The notes beneath the pieces were generated by a model. The model was given only the letters and a program-made list of their open reading frames with translations. It ran no database searches and was not told where the DNA came from. Source: an uncultured Chthonomonadaceae bacterium (GTDB lineage Bacteria > Armatimonadota > Chthonomonadetes > Chthonomonadales > Chthonomonadaceae). From it: a DNA stretch of 64,000 bases. Where the stretch lies: contig CAWFQB010000005.1 of the NCBI GenBank assembly GCA_963817895.1, forward strand, positions 96,001 through 160,000. Direction: 5' to 3'. The position numbers and the translations under genes are program-made. Every line of letters begins with the position of its first letter. Position 1 is the stretch's first letter. Positions 46,273 through 56,542 of the stretch are shown piece after piece.

Positions 46273-46366
46273 ATGGGTAGATAAGTAGGTAAGTAGATAG
46301 GTAGACCATACAACTACCCATCTACCTATCTACCTATCTACCTATCTACCCATCTACCCATCTACC
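46268..46366. repeat. Inverted tandem-array hairpin, unit GGTAGATA/TATCTACC
   Basis: Fills the whole motA-motB gap. Confidence 0.92.
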
Positions 46367-47137
46367 ATGAAAAGACACCAACACACGCCCGACAGCCACC
46401 AGAATCTGGACCGATGGCTGCTGACTTACGCCGACATGATTACCCTCCTGACGGCGTTCTTTTTAATGCTGTATTCCATGTCCGTGATGAGCCGGGGCAA
46501 ATTCAGCGCGCTGGCGACATCCGTGCGCAGCGGGTTCGGCAGCGTCACGCCGGGAGGAACCGGCATTTTGAAGGACGGTTCCGTCGGCAGGTCGTCCGGA
46601 AATCTTTCCGGGGCGGAATACCGCAAATATCAGGACGCGATGGCAGAATTACAGAAATTTGTGGAACAACAGGGTAAGAGCAAAATCGTTCGCGTCCGGT
46701 CGGACGCGCAGGGAGTGACGATTTCGCTGCTTTCGGATGGCCTGCTGTTTGAGCGGGGTTCGGCAACGCTGAAAACCGAAAGCGGCGCGCTGCTCGACCA
46801 TGTGGCGCAGTTGTTGAAAACAATGCCCAACGCTATACAGGTGGAGGGACATACGTGCGACCTGCCCATTCACACGGCTGCTTTTCCTTCCAATTGGGAA
46901 CTGTCAACGGCGCGGGCGGGCGCGATCTTGCGGCATTTCACCGAAGATACGAACGCGCTGCCATCGCAACGGTTTACGTGCGCGGGCTATGCGGATACGC
47001 GCCCGCTTGCCGACAATGATACGGAAGAACACCGGGCGCAGAACCGCCGCGTAGACATCGTGGTGTTGAAAACCGACGCGCAGCGCGACGCGGAAGCCCT
47101 GCGCCGACAGGAAATACGGCGGATACAGGAGAGGTAG
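46367..47137 (+). CDS. motB: Flagellar stator B
   Basis: WLLTYADMITLL.AFF, VEGHT, NWELSTARA, NRRVDI. Confidence 0.96.
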   Translation: MKRHQHTPDSHQNLDRWLLTYADMITLLTAFFLMLYSMSVMSRGKFSALATSVRSGFGSVTPGGTGILKDGSVGRSSGNLSGAEYRKYQDAMAELQKFVEQQGKSKIVRVRSDAQGVTISLLSDGLLFERGSATLKTESGALLDHVAQLLKTMPNAIQVEGHTCDLPIHTAAFPSNWELSTARAGAILRHFTEDTNALPSQRFTCAGYADTRPLADNDTEEHRAQNRRVDIVVLKTDAQRDAEALRRQEIRRIQER

Positions 47138-47238
47138 GTTGTTAATTGTTAGTTGTTAGGTTGTTAGGTGTTCAGAGAAATGCGACAAGTAACGGTTTAA
47201 CAACAACTAACAACCTAACAACTAACAACTAACAACCT
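47135..47238. repeat. Inverted tandem-array hairpin, units (G)GTTGTTA/TAACAAC(C)
   Basis: Starts at the motB TAG. Confidence 0.9.
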
Positions 47239-47260
47239 GTCCTTAAAAGGAATAAATTTT

Positions 47261-47800
47261 ATGTCAGCAAAAGCGGAAAAAACGGACGAAAAGGGCGAGG
47301 GCGCGAAGAAAAAGAAACTGCCCCTGCCCATGATTATAGGCGTGGTGGTTTTGGTGGTCGCGCTATTGGTGGGTAAAAGCGTGATGGGTGGGGGCAAAAA
47401 GCACAAGGGGAAAAAAGAGAAAGTGAAGCAGGAGATGGGAATCTCGCTGCCTCTCGATGAGTTTCTGGTAAATCTGAATGGGAGCGGCGACCACTATCTC
47501 CGGGCGCAAATCTCACTGGGATTGAAAAAAGGGCTGACCGAGGAGCAGGGCAAGGAAGAAGCGGCCCCGATGCGGGACGCTATTCTGAGCGTGTTAAGCA
47601 CCAAGACGCTGGCCGAAATCGCCAAACCCAAAGACCGTGAAGCATTGAAAGAGGAGTTGAAGAAAAAAGTCAACGAAGCCCTGGAAGCCGCCGAACCCAA
47701 AGACAAAGACAAGGATGAGGAAGCCGACGAGAAAGACGCGAAAGAGGGCGGCAAGGAAACGGTTCTGAAAGTGTATTTCACCGCCTTCGCCACGCAATAG
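47261..47800 (+). CDS. fliL: Flagellar basal-body-associated protein
   Basis: N-terminal TM, FLVNL, RDAIL, VYFTAFATQ. Confidence 0.92.
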   Translation: MSAKAEKTDEKGEGAKKKKLPLPMIIGVVVLVVALLVGKSVMGGGKKHKGKKEKVKQEMGISLPLDEFLVNLNGSGDHYLRAQISLGLKKGLTEEQGKEEAAPMRDAILSVLSTKTLAEIAKPKDREALKEELKKKVNEALEAAEPKDKDKDEEADEKDAKEGGKETVLKVYFTAFATQ

Positions 47801-47874
47801 CGTTTGTAACGCGGGCTTCACGCGCCTTCATTCTGAAAATGGTTTGCGACAGCTTTTTGATAACCCATCGGGTG

Positions 47875-47906
47875 AGCAGGCGGGATTTCTCCCGCCTGCT
47901 TTATTG
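47875..47906 (+). terminator. Intrinsic terminator
   Basis: 11-bp stem agcaggcggga/tcccgcctgct followed by TTATT. Confidence 0.65.
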
Positions 47907-48566
47907 GTGTGTAGTCACGCCGATTTGCGGACACATTTCCAGCAGGGGGCAAGTTGAGCAGTGGGGGCGCGGGCCGGTGCAGATGAATTTGCCGAACGGC
48001 ATGAGCAGGCGGTTGAGATCAATCCAATGCTGACGGGGGAGTTTCGACTCCAGCGCGGCGAGAGTGGCTTCGGGCGTTTTCGTCTGCGCATACCCCCAGC
48101 GATTGGTGACGCGGTGAACGTGAATGTCCACGCCAATAAACGGCTCGTCACACGCGATGCCCATCACAAGATTGGCGCACTTGGGGCCGACGCCGGAAAA
48201 ATTCAGCATCACATCGCGGTTGCAGGGCAATTGCCCGCCGTGTTCCTCAACAATCGTGGCGGCAATGGTTTTCAGTTGATGCGCTTTATTCTCGTGAAAC
48301 GTGCAGCGTGAAATAAGTTCGTCCAGTTCCTCAACGGAAAGCGTAGCCATCTGCGCGGCAGTATGGGCGCGGGCAAACAGGCGGCGCGAGTCCGCGAGCG
48401 TGTCCTCATCCAGTGTGCGAATGGATAAAATACAGGCGACAAGAATTTCAAACGCCGTGCTGTGTCCCTCTTCGGAAAGCGCGAACAGGGCGGCTCTGGG
48501 AAAGGGCGCAAGCGCGGGCGGAATACGGCGCAGGGCTTCCTCAATATCGAACGGCTGTTTCTCCAT
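47901..48566 (-). CDS. nth: Endonuclease III
   Basis: HhH GVGPKCA, VDIHVHRV.NR, C.....P.C..C.....C [4Fe-4S] motif. Confidence 0.93.
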   Translation of the reverse strand: MEKQPFDIEEALRRIPPALAPFPRAALFALSEEGHSTAFEILVACILSIRTLDEDTLADSRRLFARAHTAAQMATLSVEELDELISRCTFHENKAHQLKTIAATIVEEHGGQLPCNRDVMLNFSGVGPKCANLVMGIACDEPFIGVDIHVHRVTNRWGYAQTKTPEATLAALESKLPRQHWIDLNRLLMPFGKFICTGPRPHCSTCPLLEMCPQIGVTTHQ

Positions 48567-48689
48567 GCGGATTTTCCTTTTGTGTAGTAGCCCTCAACCC
48601 CCGGCCCCTTCTCCCAAAAATGCCTGGGAGAAGGGGAGGCGCGTATTTTCATGCTTTTAGGTATGCAAGGCGCATGAATCTGGTTAAGA

Positions 48690-50361
48690 TCATAAAAGAT
48701 GGGTGGTGAGGTAGCGGGTATAGAGGCGGCAGCGGGGGCGCATGTCGGCGGGAGAATCACCGACCATAATGCCCGCGCTGCGCAGACGATGGAAATTCTC
48801 CCGCGATGGAGAGGCCTTGCCGCGCGGCGCGTCGCGCACTACGGCGCACAGTTCAGGGTCACGGGTGAGCAGGGCAAGGATGCGTCGCAGGTGATCCCCG
48901 AACAACCCTTCGTCTTGCTCTGCCTGTGTCTCGAAAGCGTTCAGGGACAGAGGGCGCGTCGCCATCTCATGCAATCCCCGCCGTACAAGGTAAGGATGCC
49001 CGCCCACCAGATCATAGCAGCGATTCTCTTCGGAGGCGTTGCGGAGTGGGGAACCGCAACGGACATTCAGTTCCGCTACCTGCTCCGGGGTGAAGTCGGA
49101 TAGCGCCAGCCGGGTTCCGACATTGAAGGGCGATTGGTTCAGGTCGGTGATGAACAGATAGGCTTCGGTGGCGTAGGTAATGGCAAGTGTCAGCCGCCGC
49201 CAGGGGCCGGTCGGATCGAGAGAGCGCTCGTTGTGCCAGGAGCGAAAGAGCGCGAACACATCGCCGCCGAACGGACACGTAAACAGCCGGTCTACCTCAT
49301 CCAGCCCCCATACGACGGGAGTTTGAATTTTGTTCAGCACTTCGCGCCGTAGAAACCGCTCGAAATTGGCTCCGGGCGCGCGATCGGCGCTCCATACCTG
49401 ACCGGGAGAAACGTCCATATCCAGTTGGTCGGCAATCAGGTGCGCGAGGGCAAAGAAGAAGGCGTCGGAAGTTTCCAGATGGGCGGCGCTGAGTTTCTGG
49501 AAGTCGGTCAGCACCACTCTGTTGCCCATTTCGGCGCGCCTGCTGTAGTCCGCGCGCCAGCAGGCTTGTCTTTCCGACCTGCCGCGCGCCCTTCACCAGA
49601 ACGATGCTGTCCTGCCGCGCCAGAGCAACTTGAAACTCCGCATCCGTAGGCCGCTCGATATAGAAGCGCGAGTTGAGTGGAACCGCGCCGCCGATAGGCT
49701 CCATCGTCTCGGTTGACGCGGTTGAAAGGTTCGGCGTTCTCACTGTTGGCGGCAGGAAATTTAATCTTTGTGGACGTTTCGGGTTGCCGACATCGGCTGT
49801 GGCAAGGCTGAACAGGCGAAGACGAACCCCATGCTTGACTTCACACTCGCCCAGGTCGTGCAGCGCCTCCGTCCACGCGGCAAACTGGCACAGCATTTCG
49901 GCGCTGTTACGAGAAACCAGAATATGCCCCGCATCGCCGCAGTCCATCACCCGCTGCGCGATATTGATGCCGCCGCCCGCTACATTCTCCGTTTCGCCGC
50001 TTCCCTCGCGCGCGACGGGGCCGCTGTGAATACCCATGCGCAGTTGCAGATGTGGATGCCGTTCCCGCAGCGCGCGGGCGATCTCCAGGGCGCACTGCGC
50101 CGGGGCAAGAGGATCGCGCGCAAACACCAGCGCCAACCCGTTGCCCAGATCGTGTTGAAGCAATTCGCCGCGCTGTCCGGCGCGAACACACTCCGGCGCG
50201 GTCTGCGCGATGTCCCGCAGTTCGCGTCGAAGGCGTGTCTGCTCCTCGATGGAGCGCAGCGAATAGCCCACTATATCCACGAACAGCACATGCACCATTT
50301 CGGCCTGTACGCGGGACAAATCATCAGACATATTCCGGTTAGCTCCTGCGAAATCATCCAT
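48690..50361 (-). CDS. Class III nucleotide cyclase-like domain + AAA_35 NTPase (frameshift near 49530)
   Basis: [64 protein letters not shown]. Confidence 0.88.
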
Positions 50362-50363
50362 AT

Positions 50364-50462
50364 CGGTGTTCAGGTATTCAGGTATTCAGGTGTTCAGGAC
50401 AATACAAAAGCGCCACATTTAATTTCACGCAGCAAAGCGATAATCCAAATACCTGAACACCG
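50364..50462. repeat. Inverted tandem-array hairpin, unit GGT(A/G)TTCA/TGAA(T/C)ACC
   Basis: Four units versus two inverted units. Confidence 0.85.
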
Positions 50463-50468
50463 GCATGT

Positions 50469-50759
50469 TCATTTCAGCGTCTCAATCAACTCGGAGAGCG
50501 AGGTGGCGGTGATAGCGCGGTAGAACAGGTTTTCACACCAAGCCGCGTTCTCGGTCGCAATTCGCGCCTTCAGCAACTCGCCAAAAAGCCAGGTTAGCGA
50601 CGACAGCGTCATATGTCGGACCACGGCTTCTCCCTCGTCTCTGCCTTTGCCTCGCAACGCCTCCCTCACGCGCGGATCTCGCGCCCACTTTTGCAAATGC
50701 CCGGTTTCCAGAAACAACTCTTTCAAGTTTTCCAGCGCATCAATGTCCGTATCGCTCAT
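50469..50759 (-). CDS. Hypothetical helical protein
   Basis: 96 aa ORF with a purine-rich RBS. Confidence 0.5.
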   Translation of the reverse strand: MSDTDIDALENLKELFLETGHLQKWARDPRVREALRGKGRDEGEAVVRHMTLSSLTWLFGELLKARIATENAAWCENLFYRAITATSLSELIETLK

Positions 50760-50834
50760 AGCGTCTCTTCCCATCCATACTCGCGTCAAAAGGCGGGTAT
50801 AATCAAGTTACTATACGCCACAGGAGTTAATACG

Positions 50835-51110
50835 ATGCCTCACGCGAGAATAAGCAGCGAAGACATTGACCGGCGCGGACGTGAATGGTACGAGCAAAAG
50901 CTACGCCCGCTTGTAGAAACGTCCGAAAACATCGGCAAAATCATCTCTATTGATGTCGAAACCGGAGATTATGCTATTGGTGACGACCTGATGAGCGCCG
51001 GTGACGCTGTGCTTGCCCGTCATCCCGGCGCGGCGATGTACGGCGCAAGGATTGGATACAATGCCGTATACGCGGTGGGCGGAACCTTAACGCGAACGGT
51101 CACGCTATGA
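50835..51110 (+). CDS. Small DUF5678-like protein
   Basis: G...YE..LR..VE....GK.I.IDVETGDY, RIGY; TATAAT and AGGAG upstream. Confidence 0.75.
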   Translation: MPHARISSEDIDRRGREWYEQKLRPLVETSENIGKIISIDVETGDYAIGDDLMSAGDAVLARHPGAAMYGARIGYNAVYAVGGTLTRTVTL

Positions 51111-51469
51111 ACGGTTATGTTTTCGGGCAACAACCCTGCCCCGGCGTCACAATGCTGTTGCAGGGGCGTCAAATTGAAATTGAGTTTGCGGTAGATACCG
51201 GCTTTGAGGGAGCGTTGACACTGCCCATTACGGTCGTCGCTACCCTGAACCTGCCGTTCTACCAGCGTATCAGCGCCAATCTTGCGGACGACAGCAACTG
51301 CATGGTAGACGTTTACACGGCAACCATTCTCTGGCATGGACAGCCGCTGAATGTAGCCGTGCTTGCAATGGGCCAGCGCCCTCTGCTTGGCACATCGCTG
51401 CTCAATGGCAATGATCTCCATATTCGCTTTGAAGATGGCGGCCCACTGACCCTTGATCTGCTCCCGTAA
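51107..51469 (+). CDS. Clan AA (retropepsin-like) aspartyl protease
   Basis: VDTGFEGALTLP, LAD, PLLGTSLL; ATGA overlap. Confidence 0.9.
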   Translation: MNGYVFGQQPCPGVTMLLQGRQIEIEFAVDTGFEGALTLPITVVATLNLPFYQRISANLADDSNCMVDVYTATILWHGQPLNVAVLAMGQRPLLGTSLLNGNDLHIRFEDGGPLTLDLLP

Positions 51470-51587
51470 AGATCGTCTCCAACGGAATTATACGTTGAGC
51501 GTCGTATTCTTGTCAACACAACGCTCAGAACAAGCGCAGGATGTAGCGTCGCTGTCACACCACCAAAATGTACGCTCGGTATATCGT

Positions 51588-51727
51588 CTAAATCATGATT
51601 TCACATGATTTAGAGGATGAGCATGAGGCGCTATTCTGAGCGAAAACCTCTCGCATAAGCGGCATAATTTGGCAATGCGATTCCTCAATCATGCTAATCA
51701 TCTAAATCATGTGAAATCATGGTTCAG
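51588..51727. repeat. Family C inverted element, second copy
   Basis: Right arm cctcaatcatg(c/t)taatcatctaaatcatg...aatcatggttca is shared with 23193-23236. Confidence 0.88.
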
Positions 51728-51763
51728 GCAATGCTTCACCTGCGTAACGGGGCATGGGGTGTC

Positions 51764-51882
51764 GCCGGAATGAATTCCTGCGCTGCAAAGAACGATTGTC
51801 CTGCGGACAAAAGCCTCTTCTACAAAGGTTTGTGTCTGCGTAGCAGCCACTCGCTTTGTTCGGCGCAGGAATTCATTCCGGC
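51764..51882. repeat. REP-like palindromic element
   Basis: Perfect 20-bp IR gccggaatgaattcctgcgc. Confidence 0.75.
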
Positions 51883-51911
51883 ACACACCATTGGTCTTAA
51901 ATCGAGATTTG

Positions 51912-54425
51912 TCAATCAATCGTATCAGAAAACCACACCTTTACACCATGTAATGTTCCTGTTGCAATCTGCTTTCCATCAGGAGAAAACGCGACCGAAT
52001 AGGCTCCGCCGTCAATGGGCAGAATCAGTGTCTCTTGGCCTGTCTGCGCATCCCAAACGCTCGCCCCACCGCAATCCCCACCCATACCTCCGTTCCATCC
52101 ACTTCCAGTGACGATCCGCTGACTGTCAGGTGAGAAAACGACAGACATGACTTCTAATGTATGATTCACGAGCGTCAGAAGTTCTCGGCCTGTCCGCGCA
52201 TCCCAAATCTTCGCGGTTGCATCTATACCTCCTGTCGCGATTTGCGTTCCGTCAGGTGAGAAGGCGACTGTAGTGCAAGCACCATTCAACGTCAGTTTCT
52301 CCTCGCCTGTCCGCGCATCCCAAATCTTCATGGTCGTCTTTACCCCTCCTGTCGCAATTCGTGTTCCATCAGGTGAGAAGGCGACTGGCCATACAGCCCC
52401 TTTCAGCGTGAGTATCTCTTGGCCTGTCTGCGCATCCCAAACCTTCGCCGTTGTACCCTCGCTAACATCAGTCGCCGTCACGATCTGCTTACCATTGGGA
52501 GAGTAGGCGACGGAGTTGACAGGAATATTCCCTGCACGGAAACCTTTAAGTGTCTGGATCTCCTGGCCTGTCCGCGTATTACAGATCTTTGCCCAAGATG
52601 ATTTCATCGTAAAAGGTCTTGTGTCAATACTATAACAGTCCGTCATGACCATCTGCGTACCATCAGGAGACAAGGCGACTGGATACCAAGCCCCCTTCTG
52701 CGTCATGACCTCCCGACCTGTCTTCATATCCCACACTTTCAACTCACCTGGCTTCGCTGGCTTTAAGGCCTCTTTCACGTTCCTTGATGCAAAAGCGTCC
52801 ATACTTCCCCTAATGATCCGCCGACCATCTGGAGAGAATGCAACCACCGAACGTTCATAACTCTCGGCACCTTTCAACGTTAGTACCGGTCGGTCAACCC
52901 GTGCGCCACGTATCTCCGCCGTTTTGTTATCATTACGTTGGGTCAGAAGATTAAGGCGTTTGAGGCGATTTCAGTAGCCCCACTCAAAACCATGATAGGG
53001 ACGGTACTTTTCCTGATTTGCTTCTTCCAGTAGTTTGCCGATGCGGTCGTACTGCTTCGCCTCGTATGCATCTGAGATCAGTTTCATGTCGGCAAAATAG
53101 GCGGTGCGTTCAGCCTCTTTGCGCTGTTGCTCTGATAGAGCGGACAGGGTTCGTTCCGCCATTGCCGCCTTTTCCGCCTTGATACGGTATCTATGAGCCT
53201 GCTGCTGTGACTGAACAGCCCAAAAAGTCAAGCAACCCATGATACCCACAGCCGCCGATGCCACTGCGCTCGCCCGCATCAACCCCTGCCGATAGGCCGC
53301 TTTCTGCCGTCTCAAATCGGCGTCCGGTTTATGCGTTCGCACCCAGTCACGGTCGAACACACGCGCATAGATGCGGTTGCGGACTTTGAGTTCCCCGCGC
53401 TCTACGCGGACGATTCCCGATAACTTCAGTACGCTTGTCAGCGCGTTGGTTTCATCGTCTGCTACCCGCGCGTTTTGCCGCACTTTCGCGTATAAATCCA
53501 GCAGCGCCGTCAGGTCTACCTCGCTTTGCAGCAGACGGTTGCGCACGAATTGCAGGTTGTCGTCGCTTTCGCTGGCCTTGTGCGCCAGAAACAGGTCCGT
53601 GCATAGTCGGTCCACATCCTCATTCCGCAACGCCGCCGTATCCTCTGCCACCAATCGGCACAGGCGTTGTGTCAGATAGGGATGCCCGCCCGTCCAGTAA
53701 AGGACCCGGTTCAGCAGCGCGTGTCCGTCGCGTTCCGTCACGCTGATTCCCACCGACAGCGGGGCCGCTTCCTCCGGCGTAAAGTCGGTCAACTCGATTC
53801 GACGCCCGATGTTGAAGGGCGTCATCAGGGTGTTCTGAATCAGGTCGTTGGGCGTCGCCACACCGAGCAGGCAGAACGTCAGCCGTTCGTACTGCGGTTC
53901 CTGCGCCCGCCGGTTGTAGCACTCCCGAATGGCTGCGAAGAACTCGTCCGTGGAAAACGGCAGCGAACGCACGATGTCAATCTCATCCACGAACACCACA
54001 ATTTGTTGGGAACGCTGGCTGAGTGCCACATCTCGGATCGCCGCCATCCAGCGCTGCATCGGCCCCAAACTCTTGTGCGCCTGCCAGTAGTCGTCCAGTT
54101 CGTCTTCCAGCCGCAAATGCCGCCCCAACTGTTCCAGCAGGCCGTAGTACCACTGTTCCACCAAAAGGTTCTGGCCCAGCGCGGTGAGATCGAGAACCGC
54201 AACCGCAACGCCCTCTTCGCGCAATCGGTTGGCCGTCCGAACCATGAGGGAGGATTTGCCCATCTGCCGCGACGTTAGCACGTAGCAGAACTGCCCGCCT
54301 CGCAATCCTTCCAGAAGGTTGTGATCGGCCTGCCGGGTGACATACGAGGGCGCGTCACCGGGCAGCGTTCCGCCGGGAATAAAGAAGGGCCGATTGCCGA
54401 CAACAGATAGATCGCTTGGTTTCAT
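51912..54425 (-). CDS. AAA_35 NTPase - TM - WD40 protein with one in-frame TGA at 52971-52973
   Basis: PSYVTRQAD, SRQMGKSSL, VFVDEID, TPFNIG, WTGGHPYLTQ; GFEWGY*NRL continues in frame into about 7 VAFSPDG...WD repeats. Confidence 0.9.
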
Positions 54426-54460
54426 AACATCCTCCATGAAATCGTTCATTGTGACTGAGA

Positions 54461-54722
54461 ACCTCACCCCCGGCCCCTCTCCTGGCCGCGCAACGCGCTA
54501 GGAGAGGGGAGCGAAAGTGTTAGCGTTGTTGGTGAACCGTTCCCTTTCTGCGTAGAAAAACGTTTTGATGATGCAGAAAGTGTTCAATTTAGTTCTCGGT
54601 TCAAGTTGTTTATGCTTCAAAATTACTGGCCGTAGTCAGTTTTGATGATGCAGAAAGTGTTCCGTTTAGTTCTCCCCTCTCCTAGCGCGTTGCGCGGCCA
54701 GGAGAGGGGCCGGGGGTGAGGT
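54461..54722. mobile_element. MITE-like element with perfect 51-bp TIRs (family B)
   Basis: 54461-54511 is the exact reverse complement of 54672-54722; AT-rich core. Confidence 0.85.
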
Positions 54723-56542
54723 CACAACAGGCTCCTCGTAAGAAAAAGGGTATAGAGGCGGCAGCGGGGGCGCATGTCTGCCGGGGTATCTCCGACCATG
54801 ACGCCCGCGCTGCGCAGACGGTAAAAACTCTCGGCGGACGGTAGAGCCTGCCCGCGCAGCAGACTCCGAACCACTTCCATCAGGTCGGCATCCTGCCTGA
54901 GCGCAAGCAGCATCCGCTCCAGATGATCGCCGAAAATGCCGTCGTCGCGCTCCGCCTGCGCTTCGATGGCGGCAATGTCAAGTCCTCGCGCCTTCATCTC
55001 GTGCAGGGCGCGTCGAACCAGATAGGGATGCCCGCCCACAAGATCGAAAAGATGGGCTACTTCCGAATTGCCCGCAAGCGGCGTCCCGTAACGCCGGTTG
55101 AGATCGGCTGCCTGCTCCGCTGTCAGGTCGCCGAGCGCGACGCATGTGCCGACATTGAAGGGCAATTGGTTCAGGTCGGTGATGAAAAGCCGCGCTTCGG
55201 TCGCATACGCCATTACCAGAGTGAGGCGGCTGATTGCGCCCTCCGGGTCGAAAGAACGCTCGTTGTACCAGGCGCGAAACAGTCCGAACACATCGTTACG
55301 AAAATCGCAGGGGAAGAGGCGGTCTACTTCATCCAGCCCCCAGACAACCGGCGTGTCCGCTTTGTTCAGTACCGCATTGCGCAGAAACCGCTCGAAGTTG
55401 GCTCCGGCCGCGCGTTCCGGGCTCCACGCCTGCCGGGGAGAAATGTCCAGTTCCAGTTGATCGGCAATCAATCGCGCCAGCGCAAGGAAGAGAGACTCGA
55501 CGGTTTCAAAATCCGCTGCGGCCAATTTCTGTAAATCTGTGAGAATAAGCCGCGCGCCCGCCTGCCGCGCCTGATCCAGCCCGCGAACCAGCAGACTCGT
55601 CTTACCGATCTGTCGGGGGCCTTTCACCAGAACGATGCTGTCGCGGCGGGCAATGGCCGCGCGGAACTCCTCGTCTGCGGGGCGCGGGATGTAGAAGGGC
55701 GATTTGAGCGGAACCGCGCCCCCAACCGGCTCGTAGCCCGTAAAATCCGGCAGCAGTTCTATGGCAACATGCGTCGGTTGCTCCTGCAAGCGGTTATAGA
55801 GCGCGGTCATATCGGCAGGGGGTTCCAGCCTGCCGCGCCGGTAGAGATAGTCCCGATAATGCGCGTAAACGGTCATCGCTTCCAGCCGTTCGCCGCCGTC
55901 CGCAAGCGTGTCCATAAGCTGACGCCAGCCCAATTCCAGTTTGGGCATCTCAATCACCAGCCGACGCAGATAGCGCGCGGCGGCGGTGTAGTCGCGTTCC
56001 GCATCCGCCAGTTCCGCCAGTTGCCGCAGGGCGTTTACATAGAAGTCACGGTATCTTTCCCGCGCCTTGACAACCCATACTGCATCCCATCCCTCCAGCA
56101 GCGGTCCTTTATAAAGCGCTATAGCCCGCTCCAGCGAAACCCGGTCGCCCTGAGCTATCGCCTGCTCGAAAGCGATAGTGTCCACGAAAACTCCCTCTGC
56201 CCGAAAGACGACGGCCCCGTTTGTGGCTTCAATACGCCGCCCCTCATCCGCAAGCGTCCGTCGCAATGTGCGGACGCTCTGCCGTAGACTGGCAAGCGCC
56301 TTCTCGATTTCGACGGTCTGTGCCTCCGGTTCCGGCCAGAAGGTCTGCGCCAGCAGGTTAGCGCGGATCGCCTGATCCGGGTGCAGGGCGAGAAAGGAGA
56401 GCAGCGAGGCTCCCGAACGCAGGCGCAATTCCGGCAGCAGCTGACCGTTGCGCAACGCCTCAAACGCCCCGAATAACCGAATGGTCAGCGGGCCGCCGTT
56501 TATTTTGTTCTCGGGTATCGCGGGTCTCGAAAACATTCTCAC
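54722..56542 (-). CDS. SARP-type wHTH/BTAD activator domain + AAA_35 NTPase
   Basis: IRLFGAF, LL.FLAL, FWP, LYKGPLLEG, W....R; GPRQIGKTS, GLDEVD, GGHPYL. Confidence 0.9.
   Translation of the reverse strand: MRMFSRPAIPENKINGGPLTIRLFGAFEALRNGQLLPELRLRSGASLLSFLALHPDQAIRANLLAQTFWPEPEAQTVEIEKALASLRQSVRTLRRTLADEGRRIEATNGAVVFRAEGVFVDTIAFEQAIAQGDRVSLERAIALYKGPLLEGWDAVWVVKARERYRDFYVNALRQLAELADAERDYTAAARYLRRLVIEMPKLELGWRQLMDTLADGGERLEAMTVYAHYRDYLYRRGRLEPPADMTALYNRLQEQPTHVAIELLPDFTGYEPVGGAVPLKSPFYIPRPADEEFRAAIARRDSIVLVKGPRQIGKTSLLVRGLDQARQAGARLILTDLQKLAAADFETVESLFLALARLIADQLELDISPRQAWSPERAAGANFERFLRNAVLNKADTPVVWGLDEVDRLFPCDFRNDVFGLFRAWYNERSFDPEGAISRLTLVMAYATEARLFITDLNQLPFNVGTCVALGDLTAEQAADLNRRYGTPLAGNSEVAHLFDLVGGHPYLVRRALHEMKARGLDIAAIEAQAERDDGIFGDHLERMLLALRQDADLMEVVRSLLRGQALPSAESFYRLRSAGVMVGDTPADMRPRCRLYTLFLTRSLL

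Noticed and set aside
51950..52860. Internal DNA repeats as a DGR or mobile repeat
   Set aside because: Explained by WD40 repeat units; no reverse transcriptase or adenine-specific variation seen
54562..54674. CRISPR array
   Set aside because: Only two repeats, no leader or cas genes, and embedded in a MITE-like element
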